Source of the DNA: Candidatus Competibacteraceae bacterium
GTDB lineage: Bacteria; Pseudomonadota; Gammaproteobacteria; Competibacterales; JAHEDQ01
DNA: 32,000 nucleotides
NCBI GenBank assembly: GCA_024641125.1
Contig: JAHEDQ010000016.1
Coordinates: 1 to 32,000 of the forward strand
Direction: 5' to 3'
Below the pieces are notes generated by a model. The model did no database searches, was not told where the DNA came from, and was given only the letters and a program-made list of their open reading frames with translations. Of this stretch, positions 1 through 10,335 are shown piece after piece (positions within the stretch are counted from its first letter, which is position 1; every line of letters starts with the position of its first letter). The position numbers and the translations under genes were made by a program.

Positions 1-187
1 TGCCGAACACATTTCCAGGGAACTCGATCAGCTCGCCGTACATAACCCCTTCGAGACCATGGATGCGCACGATGCCGTCGGTGACGCTGACGAGAGTGCC
101 TTCGGTCTGGGCTTCCGAAGACGGTTCAAACTTCGCGATCCGTTCCCGGATGAGCTCACTTATTTCTGATGGATTCAATTGCTGCAT
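1..187 (-). CDS. atpA: ATP synthase F1 alpha subunit, N-terminal fragment (gene continues past the window start)
   Basis: The reverse complement from the ATG (185-187) reads [20 protein letters not shown]...[26 protein letters not shown], the conserved AtpA N-terminus. It lies directly downstream of atpH in canonical operon order. Confidence 0.9.
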   Translation of the reverse strand, partial: MQQLNPSEISELIRERIAKFEPSSEAQTEGTLVSVTDGIVRIHGLEGVMYGELIEFPGNVFG

Positions 188-203
188 TTGCCTTTCGTTC
201 CTT

Positions 204-740
204 TCACTGGCCCATGGCCGCGGCGAGCTGGTGCAGCTTGCCGGTGGCGGAACCGTCTATCACCAGATCGCCCGCTCGAATGATGGCGCCGCCGAGCAGT
301 GATTCATCGACTGTGGACGAGACAACCACCTCGCGCCCCAACTGCTTCTTGAGCGCTGTTTGAAGCCGTTTCTCCTGCTCTTTGGTGAGGGCACGCGCCG
401 AAACAACCTGTGCTTCGATCGTACGCTCGGCATCGGCACGCAAGAGCTCGAACACCGTTGCGATGTCGGCCACCAGGGCAAGCCGTCTGTTTTCGGCCAG
501 AATTCGGACGAAATTCTGGCCCTGTTCGGACAGCCGGTCACCGCAGACATCCAAAACGGCCTGGCATTTCTCAGCGTTTTCCACATCGGGGTTGACGAGA
601 AACGCCCGCATCGCCGGATCCCCGGTGACTTCCGCCATCAGGTTCAGCATGTCCGACCACGCCTTCAGAGAACCGTCGGCCTCCGCGGCTTCGAAAGCTG
701 CTTTGGCGTAGGGTCGGGCGATTGTCGTGGTATCAGCCAT
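204..740 (-). CDS. atpH: ATP synthase F1 delta subunit (OSCP)
   Basis: 178-aa ORF starting [19 protein letters not shown], the typical delta-subunit N-terminus. It sits between atpF and atpA. Confidence 0.93.
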   Translation of the reverse strand: MADTTTIARPYAKAAFEAAEADGSLKAWSDMLNLMAEVTGDPAMRAFLVNPDVENAEKCQAVLDVCGDRLSEQGQNFVRILAENRRLALVADIATVFELLRADAERTIEAQVVSARALTKEQEKRLQTALKKQLGREVVVSSTVDESLLGGAIIRAGDLVIDGSATGKLHQLAAAMGQ

Positions 741-754
741 AGTTAAAGACCTGC

Positions 755-1225
755 TTAGAGCTCGGCGGCGAGACTTTTAAGAAGCTCGCCATGCGCCTTG
801 GCATCGATTTCGCGGCCAAGCACCTTTTCTGCCCCGGCCAGCGCCAGAGCGGAAACTTCGCCACGCAACTGCTCCCTCGCGCGGGTCGTCTCCTGTCCAA
901 TCTCGGCCTGCGCCGCGGAAAGCTGCCTCTGGCCTTCCTCACGCGCCTGCGCCTTGGCCTCTTCGATGATTTCACCAGCCCGTTTCTGAGCCTGGTTGAT
1001 CACTTCGGCGGCCTGCTGCTTCGCTTCGCTGATGGTGAGCGCCGCCCTTTCCGCGGCGAGTTCCTGCTCATGGGCACCCCGTTCGGCGGCCGCGAGACCA
1101 TCGGCGATCCGCTTCTGTCTCTCCTGCATGGCCTGCATAATCGGCGGCCAGACCTTCTTCATGGTGAAGTACACCAGAAGGCTGAACGTGATCATTTGGC
1201 CGAGCAGCGTGACGTTGATGTTCAC
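755..1225 (-). CDS. atpF: ATP synthase Fo subunit b
   Basis: 156-aa ORF with an N-terminal TM segment ([20 protein letters not shown]) followed by a long Ala/Glu/Gln-rich helix. Operon position fits. Confidence 0.93.
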   Translation of the reverse strand: MNINVTLLGQMITFSLLVYFTMKKVWPPIMQAMQERQKRIADGLAAAERGAHEQELAAERAALTISEAKQQAAEVINQAQKRAGEIIEEAKAQAREEGQRQLSAAQAEIGQETTRAREQLRGEVSALALAGAEKVLGREIDAKAHGELLKSLAAEL

Positions 1226-1279
1226 GTTACCACCCCCTCAAATCTCGGTTTGCACTTGCACGACGACCGCAGGAGTCAC

Positions 1280-1558
<279 letters not shown>

Positions 1559-1601
1559 TTAACAAAAAAGCCTAAAAGACTGCGACTGTGCGCAGCTCCG
1601 A

Positions 1602-2784
<1,183 letters not shown>

Positions 2785-2871
2785 GTGTTTCCCCTCGAAG
2801 TGCTTGCATGTACGCACGGAGGATGTGGCGGGCTGGACTTTATTGCACCACAGCAGCGAGGCGCGCGAAGT

Positions 2872-2898
2872 ATATTAGAGTCCGGTCACGCGGGTCAA
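2872..2898 (-). promoter_or_regulatory. Candidate sigma70 promoter of the atp operon (-35 TTGACC, 15-nt spacer, -10 TAATAT)
   Basis: The minus strand reads TTGACC cgcgtgaccggactc TAATAT, about 80 nt upstream of atpI. Both hexamers are good but the spacer is short. Confidence 0.3.
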
Positions 2899-2940
2899 TT
2901 GCCAGACCCGGTTAGTGATCCAATTGCTGAATTGCGTCAA

Positions 2941-3798
2941 CTACTTGACATGCTCAAGAATGCCGTCAAGTTCGTCCAGGCTTCCATAGTGGATCACAAG
3001 ACGGCCTTTCCCGGCGGCTGTATGCTGAACCTGCACGCGAGCGCCCAGGCGCTCCGAAAGATCGTTCTGAAGATGCCGGATGTTTGGATCCAGGGGTTTC
3101 CTATCCACCCCCGCATGCCGTTCACCCCGCATCAGCTTGCGCACCAGGTCCTCGGTTTCCCGAACCGACAAACCGTGCAGGGAGACGGTTCTTGCCGCCT
3201 CCACCTGCAAATCCGCTTCCAGCGCCAGCAGCGCGCGGGCATGCCCCATCTCGATGCGCCGCTCCCGCACCATCTCCTGCACCGGTTCGGCGAGATCCAA
3301 GAGACGCAGCAGATTACTCACCGCGGCCCGCGATCGCCCGACTGCCTGTGCCGCCTGCTGATGGGTCATGTCGAACTCATCGATCAATCGCTGTAGAGCT
3401 GAAGCTTCCTCGAGCGGGTTGAGATTCTCCCGTTGAATATTCTCGATCAAAGCAATGGCGATGGCCGCCTCATCCGGCACATCACGCACCAACACCGGCA
3501 CGGCTTTCAGGCCGGCCAGCTGGGCAGCGCGCCAGCGCCGCTCTCCTGCGATGATTTCATAACGGTTGTCACCCAATGATCGAACGACAATGGGCTGGAT
3601 GACCCCCTGTGCCGATATGGAGCCGGCCAGGTCCTCAAGGGTCTCCTGACGAATGTCCGACCGGGGTTGGTAGCGCCCGCGCTGCAGCAAATCGACGGAC
3701 AGTTCACTCAACTCACCCGGCGTCGAAGATGCATTATCGGAACCCAGGCCGAGCAAGGCATCCAGACCGCGGCCGAGACCGCCTCGTTTGGCTGTCAC
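2941..3798 (-). CDS. parB: Chromosome partitioning protein ParB (Spo0J)
   Basis: 285 aa with GLGRGLDALL, the ParB box IIAGERRWRAA, and an HTH segment (MTHQQAAQAVGRSRAAVSNLLRLL). It lies downstream of parA. Confidence 0.95.
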   Translation of the reverse strand: MTAKRGGLGRGLDALLGLGSDNASSTPGELSELSVDLLQRGRYQPRSDIRQETLEDLAGSISAQGVIQPIVVRSLGDNRYEIIAGERRWRAAQLAGLKAVPVLVRDVPDEAAIAIALIENIQRENLNPLEEASALQRLIDEFDMTHQQAAQAVGRSRAAVSNLLRLLDLAEPVQEMVRERRIEMGHARALLALEADLQVEAARTVSLHGLSVRETEDLVRKLMRGERHAGVDRKPLDPNIRHLQNDLSERLGARVQVQHTAAGKGRLVIHYGSLDELDGILEHVK

Positions 3799-3816
3799 TT
3801 CGTCATCCCCCGTCGG

Positions 3817-4608
3817 TTAGGCCGCCGCACCGGTTTCCCCACCGCCCCGGCGCAGAATCTCACGCGCCAGATCGCGGTAAGCCCGCGCTCCGCGCGAACC
3901 ACGATCATACAAAGCAATGGGCAGTCCGTAGCTGGGCGCTTCAGCCAAGCGCACATTGCGGGGCACAACGGTCTTGTACACCCGCTCACCAAAATGGTGC
4001 GTCAGCTGACTCGATACCTCGTTCGCCAAGCGATTACGGGAATCGAACATGGTTCGCAGTAGACCTTCGATGCGCAAATCAGGATTCAACGTGCGCCGAA
4101 CCCGCTCAACCGTATCCAACAGCGCTGACAGACCCTCCAAAGCGTAGTACTCGCACTGGATGGGAATGATCAGACGATTGGCCGCGACCAAAGCGTTCAG
4201 CGTCAGCATGTTCAGCGAGGGCGGACAGTCGATAAAGATGTGTTGGTAGTCGCCGGCCAGTGGGAACAGCAGTGTCTTCAGGCGCCTGGGGCCTTCCGGG
4301 TGATCGAGCAAAAACACTTCGGCCGCAGTCAGATCGCCGTTGGCGGGCAGCACGGTTAGATTCGAGTCGGCCCGATGGACCAGCGAGCGTCCGATCTCGC
4401 GCTCGCCCTTCAACACCTCGTAGGTGCCCGCGACCAGTTCGTGTTTGTCCACGCCACAGCCCATGGTGGCGTTGCCCTGTGGGTCCATATCCACCAGCAA
4501 TACCCGCTCCCCCACGGCAGCCATTGCCGCCGCAAGGTTCACTGCAGTGGTGGTTTTGCCGACGCCCCCTTTCTGGTTTGCGACAGCGATGATCCGTGCT
4601 CTACCCAT
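3817..4608 (-). CDS. parA: Chromosome partitioning ATPase ParA (Soj)
   Basis: Deviant Walker A motif IIAVANQKGGVGKTT. The tracked ORF begins with a TTG at 4623, but the ATG at 4608 (MGRARIIAVANQKGG) is the more typical N-terminus. Confidence 0.93.
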   Translation of the reverse strand: MGRARIIAVANQKGGVGKTTTAVNLAAAMAAVGERVLLVDMDPQGNATMGCGVDKHELVAGTYEVLKGEREIGRSLVHRADSNLTVLPANGDLTAAEVFLLDHPEGPRRLKTLLFPLAGDYQHIFIDCPPSLNMLTLNALVAANRLIIPIQCEYYALEGLSALLDTVERVRRTLNPDLRIEGLLRTMFDSRNRLANEVSSQLTHHFGERVYKTVVPRNVRLAEAPSYGLPIALYDRGSRGARAYRDLAREILRRGGGETGAAA

Positions 4609-4619
4609 GTTCCCAGCGT

Positions 4620-5252
4620 TCAATTCGGAGAATCACTAACGATGATCAGTAAGTGGCGCACACCCTCGATGCCTGGCACATTCAGACGCTCGGTGGTCTC
4701 GACCCGCCATCCGTTTCCCGGCGTGTCTGGCCGCTCAGAATGCACCCGCCCCTTCATGGCGAGCAACCGGCCATTCGGCGCAACAAGATGACCCGCATTG
4801 TCCACGAAATCTCGGGTGGATGAAAAGGCGCGGGAGACGGCGGTTGTGAACAGATCCCGAGGCCTATATGCCTCAACCCGTTGGCGCACGACCGTAACCT
4901 GGGGTAGTGCCAGCTCGATTCTGGCCTGCTCCAGAAAACGGGTTCGTTTTGCACTTGCATCGATCAGTACAAACGCCCGGTCTGGGTTGAGAATCGCCAG
5001 CGGAATTCCCGGCAAGCCGGCACCGCTGCCCACATCGGCGATTCGATGCCCGTCCAATGCGTGGGAAGCCGAAGCGCTGTCCAGGATGTGGCGCGAAACC
5101 ATGTCGCGGGCGGCACGCACCGCCGTGAGATTGTAGACTTTATTCCATCGCGCCAGAAGCAGTATATAGGCATCCAGGCGCGAAATCTGGTCCACCGATG
5201 CCCTGATCCCGAGGGCGCCGAGCCCGTCGGCGATCTGAGTGTCGAAACCCAT
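4620..5252 (-). CDS. rsmG: 16S rRNA (guanine527-N7)-methyltransferase RsmG (GidB)
   Basis: 210 aa with LLARWNKVYNLTAV and the SAM-binding segment DVGSGAGLPGIPLAI. It is in the canonical position upstream of parA. Confidence 0.93.
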   Translation of the reverse strand: MGFDTQIADGLGALGIRASVDQISRLDAYILLLARWNKVYNLTAVRAARDMVSRHILDSASASHALDGHRIADVGSGAGLPGIPLAILNPDRAFVLIDASAKRTRFLEQARIELALPQVTVVRQRVEAYRPRDLFTTAVSRAFSSTRDFVDNAGHLVAPNGRLLAMKGRVHSERPDTPGNGWRVETTERLNVPGIEGVRHLLIIVSDSPN

Positions 5253-5286
5253 GGGGCACTCCGGTCAATGAGCGCAGCATCATACG

Positions 5287-5325
5287 CTAGTGTCATGAGT
5301 CAGCAGTTCGTTGCATTTCAGCAAG
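5287..5325 (+). repeat. Bipartite intergenic motif, copy A (CTAGTGTC-N10-AGTTCGTTGCATTTCAGCAAG)
   Basis: Shares the exact blocks CTAGTGTC and AGTTCGTTGC with copy B. It matches 19 of 21 positions in the second block with copy C. All three copies have the same orientation. Confidence 0.6.
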
Positions 5326-5449
5326 ACGAGCAGCGCTCAGACGCCAGGCGGGCGCAGCACCAGCCTGCGCTCATTCAAGCGTGCCCAACACCGCGGGTGG
5401 GCGCTTATCGTCTTGCCCGACGGGAGAGCGACGCGGATTGGAGGCTTAG

Positions 5450-5515
5450 ATGTGCAGATTTATGGCGCAGATTGCGGGTATCAGTTGTTCTGTAACCAAG
5501 ATTTGCAACGCTTAA
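5450..5515 (+). CDS. Candidate micro-ORF 1 (21 codons, MCRFMAQIAGISCSVTKICNA). The frame continues past an in-frame TAA to a TAG at 5552-5554
   Basis: GGAGG at 5440-5444 lies 5 nt upstream of the ATG. A paralogous copy with the same SD, ATG and frame is found at 17943-18047 on the minus strand. Three Cys positions are conserved. Confidence 0.45.
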   Translation: MCRFMAQIAGISCSVTKICNA

Positions 5516-5627
5516 GCTGAGTATTTTAGACCCAAGATGCACGTTAACGAATAGATTCAGAGAGGCTCCCTAGCTCGCACCGGGGCGCCGCGACGACAGC
5601 CACGACCGCCGTCGGGCCGCCGGATGG

Positions 5628-6017
5628 TCATTTGTAGGGCGCCACCATGGCAGCCTGCCGTACTGCCGCCAGACGTTCGTTTATGCGTCGTGTCCAGACC
5701 GCGGCCTCATCTTGAATCAGCATTGCGTTCTGCATGTGATTGCGCAGATCGAACAGGGCCTTCTCACTGGCTTCGTGCATAAAACAGACCGCATCGTCCG
5801 GAGTGGGCACCCGGGACGGCTCATTCATCTGGCGCGAAAGCATGCGACTGCCGGCCCGCAGCGGCAACAGGCTGGATTCGATGGCGGCGCGGAGGACACT
5901 CTGATAGCCCAGTGTCGATAGCAACGCCATGCGCGAAGCGAACTCGCTCAGTGTGCTGCCGGCATCCATGCAGGCCAGCGATGTCTTGCTGTTCATACGC
6001 ATCACCTTGAATTCCAA
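5628..6017 (-). CDS. Hypothetical protein (129 aa, or 122 aa from the ATG at 5996, which follows AAGGTG)
   Basis: Open frame with ordinary composition and no family signature I recognise. Predicted helical and soluble. Start is uncertain. Confidence 0.5.
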   Translation of the reverse strand: MEFKVMRMNSKTSLACMDAGSTLSEFASRMALLSTLGYQSVLRAAIESSLLPLRAGSRMLSRQMNEPSRVPTPDDAVCFMHEASEKALFDLRNHMQNAMLIQDEAAVWTRRINERLAAVRQAAMVAPYK

Positions 6018-6023
6018 TTGGGT

Positions 6024-6038
6024 TGTTGCATTGCAACA
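6024..6038. promoter_or_regulatory. Perfect 15-nt palindrome TGTTGCATTGCAACA upstream of the hypothetical gene (candidate operator)
   Basis: Read directly from the sequence. It lies 7-21 nt upstream of the first in-frame ATG, or 28-42 nt upstream of the alternative ATG at 5996. Confidence 0.3.
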
Positions 6039-6131
6039 TACTCCAAAACAGGCTCTCGCTCAAGGGTGAATCACGGTTCTCCCTGCCGCCGATGACTGCC
6101 TGAGGTACTTGCCAGGAGTGTGGGTTTGCAC

Positions 6132-6168
6132 CTAGTGTCGTCCCACAAGTTCGTTGCGTTGCAGAGCG
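6132..6168 (+). repeat. Bipartite intergenic motif, copy B (CTAGTGTC-N8-AGTTCGTTGCGTTGCAGAGCG)
   Basis: Exact CTAGTGTC and AGTTCGTTGC blocks shared with copy A. It lies about 100 nt upstream of the FabD-like start codon. Confidence 0.6.
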
Positions 6169-6270
6169 CCCATTCGCGGTGTTGGCGAGCTCGCGTCAGC
6201 GACGGCTGGCGCTTTGCCGGCGCGAGTTGGGGCGCGACCCCCTATTGATGACGGAAACGAGGAACCCTGC

Positions 6271-7254
6271 ATGGGCGAGCAAGTCGGTAGGATTCTGTTC
6301 ATATTTCCAGGCCAGGGCGCCCAGTATCGGGGCATGGGCGAGGACTTATTCAATTGCTCCCCGCGGGCCCGCGCCACCTACGAGCAGGCCTGTGACGTTC
6401 TGGGTTTTGATCTCAAGGCACTGAGTTTCGACGATCCGGACAATGAGCTGATCCTGACCCGCAACACCCAGCCGGCCCTGCTGACCCATCACATCGCTTG
6501 CCTGGAGGCCTGGCGCGAACTCACCGGCGATGCGGTAACTCCGGACCTATGTGCGGGCCACAGTCTCGGCGAGTACTCCGCCCTGGTGGCGGCCGGGGCC
6601 CTGGATTTCGCCGATGCGCTGCGTCTGGTCAGACGACGCGGCGAACTGATGGGCAAGTACGGCGAAGGTGAGATGACCGCCTTCACCCTGGATCTCGAGA
6701 CCCTCCGTCCTATCGCGGATAAACACTTCTGCGGTATAGCCGGATGCAACCTGCCCGACCAAACCGTGGTCGGCGGCCGCCCGGAGGATCTGGACGCCAT
6801 GGCGGACGAGGTGCTGGCGCAGTTTCCGAGGAAACGCGCGGTTCGGCTGAAAACCGAGGGCGCGTTCCATACCTACTACATGGTCACCGCCGCCCAAAGC
6901 TTCCGGGTGGAATTGGACGCTGTGGATATAAACGTGCCCATGATCCAGGTGCTGTCAAATTACACCGGCGCATATCACGACCCGGACCCGGGCGTGATCA
7001 AGGCACGCCTTTTTTTCCAACTCTTTCATCCGGTGCTGTGGATGCAGAACATGCAAACCGCAGTGAAGGACGGCACCCGCGCTGTGATCGAGTTCGGTGG
7101 CGGGATCGGCACCGGCGAAGCCCCGGCGGACAAACGAGCGAACCTGGAAGGCATCATCAAGAAAGCGTTCCGCCGCGCCGAACACCCCCCACGGTATCAT
7201 GCCGTCATAAATACGCAGACGTTGGCGGCCTGTGCCGAAGAATTCGGCGGCTGA
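6271..7254 (+). CDS. FabD-like acyltransferase (malonyl-CoA:ACP transacylase superfamily), orphan copy outside any fab cluster
   Basis: Contains FIFPGQGAQ, the active-site GHSLGEYSAL, an Arg in RRRGELM and GAFHT. The ATG at 6271 is preceded by GAGGAA. The tracked ORF start at 6154 is a TTG with an Arg/Ala-rich non-homologous extension. Confidence 0.85.
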   Translation: MGEQVGRILFIFPGQGAQYRGMGEDLFNCSPRARATYEQACDVLGFDLKALSFDDPDNELILTRNTQPALLTHHIACLEAWRELTGDAVTPDLCAGHSLGEYSALVAAGALDFADALRLVRRRGELMGKYGEGEMTAFTLDLETLRPIADKHFCGIAGCNLPDQTVVGGRPEDLDAMADEVLAQFPRKRAVRLKTEGAFHTYYMVTAAQSFRVELDAVDINVPMIQVLSNYTGAYHDPDPGVIKARLFFQLFHPVLWMQNMQTAVKDGTRAVIEFGGGIGTGEAPADKRANLEGIIKKAFRRAEHPPRYHAVINTQTLAACAEEFGG

Positions 7255-7409
7255 GCCGGCTAGTGTGGTGTCTTCCAAATAAACTTGGTGATTGTGGTTA
7301 CTGACAAGGCGCGGTGAGGAGGAATAGCCAGCGATATTGCGACAATCCGCAACGCCGTCAGGGACCGCGAGGGCAAGCGCAGGCGTGACATTATTTGGGA
7401 GACACGACA

Positions 7410-7450
7410 CCAGTGTGCCCCGTCACATAAGTGCGTTGCATTTCAGCCAG
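7410..7450 (+). repeat. Bipartite intergenic motif, copy C (CCAGTGTG-N12-AGTGCGTTGCATTTCAGCCAG)
   Basis: Contains a 14-nt exact match (CGTTGCATTTCAGC) to copy A. It lies in the convergent gap between the FabD-like gene and maeB. Confidence 0.5.
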
Positions 7451-7486
7451 GTCAAGCGTTGCTGCGATCCGGTGGCAAGCTGCGAT

Positions 7487-9763
7487 TCAAGCGCCGGCCA
7501 CCGCCGCTGCATCCACCACCGCCAGTGCACTCATGTTGACCAGGCCACGCGCGGTCACCGAAGACGTTACCACGTGGACTGGCTTGGCCGCGCCGATCAG
7601 GATCGGTCCGATGGCCACACCGCCACCCAGCACTCTGAGCGCCCCATAGGTAATGTGCGCCGCATCCAGACTGGGCATGATCAGCAGGTTGGCTTCGCCG
7701 ATCAACACGGATTCCGGCAAGGAACGCTTGCGGATTTCATCCGACAAAGCGGAATCCGCGTGCATCTCACCATCCATCATCAAGTCTGGCATGCGCGCCT
7801 TAAGCATGGCATGGGCGGTGCGCATCTTGTCGGCGGAGTCATCATGATGACTGCCGAAGTTCGAATGAGACAAAAGCGCGACCTTGGGTTCGATCCCAAA
7901 CCGGCGCACCTCCTGAACCGACAGCACCGCCATTTCGGCAATCTCCTCCGCTGTGGGATCGGGCGTGATGTGGGTATCACACAAAAAACAGGTCCCCCGC
8001 GGGAGAATCAACGCCGATAAAGCCGATAAGTCGAACACGCCCTCGGCCTTACCGATAATGTCCCGAACGTGCTGCACATGAGTGCTGAACCGGCCTTCAG
8101 CACCACAGATCATCGCATCGGCTTCGCCCCGTCGCAGCATGATCGCGGCGATGGCGGTGTTTTGCGTGCGTATCACGGTACGCGCCTCAGCCGGAGAGAC
8201 ACCGTTTCGGCCCATGATCTCGTGATACTGCCCCCAATACTCCCGAAACCGCTCATCTGAATGCGGGTTGGTGAGCTCGTAATCTTCGCCATGCTTGAGC
8301 CGCAAACCCAGCTCTGCGATGCGTGCCTCGACCACCTCTGGACGACCCACGAGTATGGGCTTTACCGACCCTTCGTCCCGCAGCTGCTGGACCGCTTGCA
8401 GTACTCGGCGGGACTCGCCCTCGGCATAGACCACGCGCTGTGGACGCTCCCGCGCCTGTTCGAACACAGGCTCCATCACCGAGCCGGAGCGGAACACAAA
8501 ACGCCCCAGCCGCCGCCGGTAGGCCGTAAGATCATCTATGGGGCGAGTCGCCACGCCCGACTCCATTGCGGCTTTTGCCACTGCGGTAGCCACTTCGACG
8601 ATAAGACGGGGATCGAACGGCTTCGGTATCAGAAACTCAGGACCAAAGCGCATGGTTTCATTACGGTAAACCCGGGTGACCAGTTCTGAGGGCTCCGCCC
8701 GGGCGAGCTTACTGATAGCGTGCACACAAGCCGTTTTCATGGCCTCGTTTATTTCGGTCGCGCCCACGTCCAGTGCACCGCGGAAAATAAAAGGGAAGCA
8801 CAGTACGTTATTAACCTGGTTGGGATAATCGGAACGCCCGGTGGCAATAATGGCATCGGCCCGCACCGCGCGGGCGACCTCGGGTTGAATCTCCGGATCC
8901 GGATTGGCCAAAGCCAGGATCAGGGGCGATTCAGCCATGCTGGCGACCATGTCCGCGGTCAGAATGCCGGGGCCCGAACAACCGAGGAAGATGTCGGCCC
9001 CGTCAATGGCATCGGCCAGGGTTCGGTGCTCCGTATCCACCGCCCAGCGGGATTTGTACACATCCAACCCCCCTTCCCTTCCCGCATGGATGACGCCCTT
9101 GCGATCGGTCACCAGAATATGCTCGCGGCGCATGCCCAATGCCACCAGCAGGTCGAGACAGGCCAGCGCGGCTGCCCCTGCGCCGGAGGTAACCAGCCGC
9201 ACCTCACCGATCGGCTTATCGACCAATTTAAGACCGTTTATGATGAACGCACAGGTCACGATCGCAGTGCCGTGCTGGTCGTCATGAAACACCGGAATGG
9301 ACATGCGCTCGCGCAGGCGACGCTCGATCTCAAAACACTCGGGCGCCTTGATATCCTCCAGATTGATACCGCCAAAAGTGGGTTCCAAAGCCGCCACCAC
9401 GTCGCAGAATCGGTCGATATCCAGCTCGCCCACTTCCACGTCGAACACGTCTATGCCGGAGAATTTCTTGAACAATACACCCTTGCCCTCCATCACCGGC
9501 TTGGCGGCAAGGGGACCAATGTTGCCCAGCCCAAGCACCGCGGTGCCGTTGGTGACCACCCCCACCAGATTGCTGCGGACGGTCAGAGTCGAGGCCTCCA
9601 GTGGATCGCCGGCGATAGCCATGCAGGCGGCGGCGACGCCGGGCGAGTAGGCCAGGGCAAGATCGTGCTGGGTGGCCACCGGCTTGGTGGGAATGACTTC
9701 AATTTTGCCGGGCCGCCCCATGCGGTGATAGTCCAGCGCCTGTTGGTTCAGCGTGTCGCTCAT
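7487..9763 (-). CDS. maeB: NADP-dependent malic enzyme with a C-terminal phosphotransacetylase-like domain
   Basis: 758 aa. The N-terminus reads [20 protein letters not shown]...[10 protein letters not shown]. The large size and PTA-like C-terminal half are typical of MaeB. Confidence 0.93.
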   Translation of the reverse strand: MSDTLNQQALDYHRMGRPGKIEVIPTKPVATQHDLALAYSPGVAAACMAIAGDPLEASTLTVRSNLVGVVTNGTAVLGLGNIGPLAAKPVMEGKGVLFKKFSGIDVFDVEVGELDIDRFCDVVAALEPTFGGINLEDIKAPECFEIERRLRERMSIPVFHDDQHGTAIVTCAFIINGLKLVDKPIGEVRLVTSGAGAAALACLDLLVALGMRREHILVTDRKGVIHAGREGGLDVYKSRWAVDTEHRTLADAIDGADIFLGCSGPGILTADMVASMAESPLILALANPDPEIQPEVARAVRADAIIATGRSDYPNQVNNVLCFPFIFRGALDVGATEINEAMKTACVHAISKLARAEPSELVTRVYRNETMRFGPEFLIPKPFDPRLIVEVATAVAKAAMESGVATRPIDDLTAYRRRLGRFVFRSGSVMEPVFEQARERPQRVVYAEGESRRVLQAVQQLRDEGSVKPILVGRPEVVEARIAELGLRLKHGEDYELTNPHSDERFREYWGQYHEIMGRNGVSPAEARTVIRTQNTAIAAIMLRRGEADAMICGAEGRFSTHVQHVRDIIGKAEGVFDLSALSALILPRGTCFLCDTHITPDPTAEEIAEMAVLSVQEVRRFGIEPKVALLSHSNFGSHHDDSADKMRTAHAMLKARMPDLMMDGEMHADSALSDEIRKRSLPESVLIGEANLLIMPSLDAAHITYGALRVLGGGVAIGPILIGAAKPVHVVTSSVTARGLVNMSALAVVDAAAVAGA

Positions 9764-9855
9764 TTTTCTTGCCCTCAGCCAGAAGCGTCACAGCGTTTCC
9801 GCCGACCTTCTAAACATAGACGTGTTGATACCAACCGGCTTCCTTAGCAACGTGT

Positions 9856-10335
9856 TCATCCCGCCGCCAGCCTGGCGAATGCGTCGATCACCTCGGGCGG
9901 CGCCTGGACCAGCTCGATCAGCACCCCTTCGCCCCCGATCGGCGTATCCCCGGCGCCGCGGGGATGAATAAAGCAGATATCGAAGCCAGAGGCGCCGGTT
10001 CGAATTCCGCCCGGCGCGAAGCGGACACCGTGAGCCTGCATCCAGGCCACGGCCGCAGGCAGATCGTCGATCCAAAGACCCACGTGGTTGAGTGCTGGAT
10101 CCTGCACCCGGGGTTTAGTGGCCGGATCCAGGGGCTGCATCAAGTCCACCTCCACTCTAAGGGCACCCGACCCCATCACCGCGATGTCCTCGTCAACGTT
10201 CTCCCGCTCGCTGCGGAACTCACCGACAATGCTCAGCCCCAGTATATCGACCCAAAGGGTCTTCAAACGCTGCTTGTCGGGGGCGCCCAGCGCGATTTGC
10301 TGAACACCCAAAACCTTAAACGGCCGCTCACTCAT
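9856..10335 (-). CDS. mce: VOC/glyoxalase-fold protein, probable methylmalonyl-CoA epimerase
   Basis: 159-aa VOC-type sequence. Its start overlaps the meaB stop in an ATGA junction, and it sits inside the pcc/mcm cluster. The functional call rests on this context. Confidence 0.7.
   Translation of the reverse strand: MSERPFKVLGVQQIALGAPDKQRLKTLWVDILGLSIVGEFRSERENVDEDIAVMGSGALRVEVDLMQPLDPATKPRVQDPALNHVGLWIDDLPAAVAWMQAHGVRFAPGGIRTGASGFDICFIHPRGAGDTPIGGEGVLIELVQAPPEVIDAFARLAAG

Noticed and set aside
2895-2914. Hairpin CGGGTC-aattgcca-GACCCG downstream of parB, considered as a parS site or terminator.
   Set aside because: It does not resemble the TGTTNCACGTGAAACA parS consensus and has no U-tract. 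It overlaps the putative atp -35 region. I saw no parS-like 16-mer anywhere in the window.
5295-5495. 66-aa plus-strand ORF (MSQQFVAFQQDEQRSDARR...) that spans motif A and overlaps the start of micro-ORF 1.
   Set aside because: It has no SD and an Arg-rich composition. Motif copies B and C fall in different frames, so the motif conservation is at the nucleotide level, not the protein level.
5253-5627. Possible oriC in the non-coding region upstream of rsmG, given that the atp-parAB-rsmG neighbourhood is origin-proximal in many gammaproteobacteria.
   Set aside because: I found no TTATCCACA-type DnaA boxes (at most 5 of 9 matches), no clustered GATC sites and no AT-rich 13-mer array. The somewhat AT-richer part is explained by the micro-ORF element.
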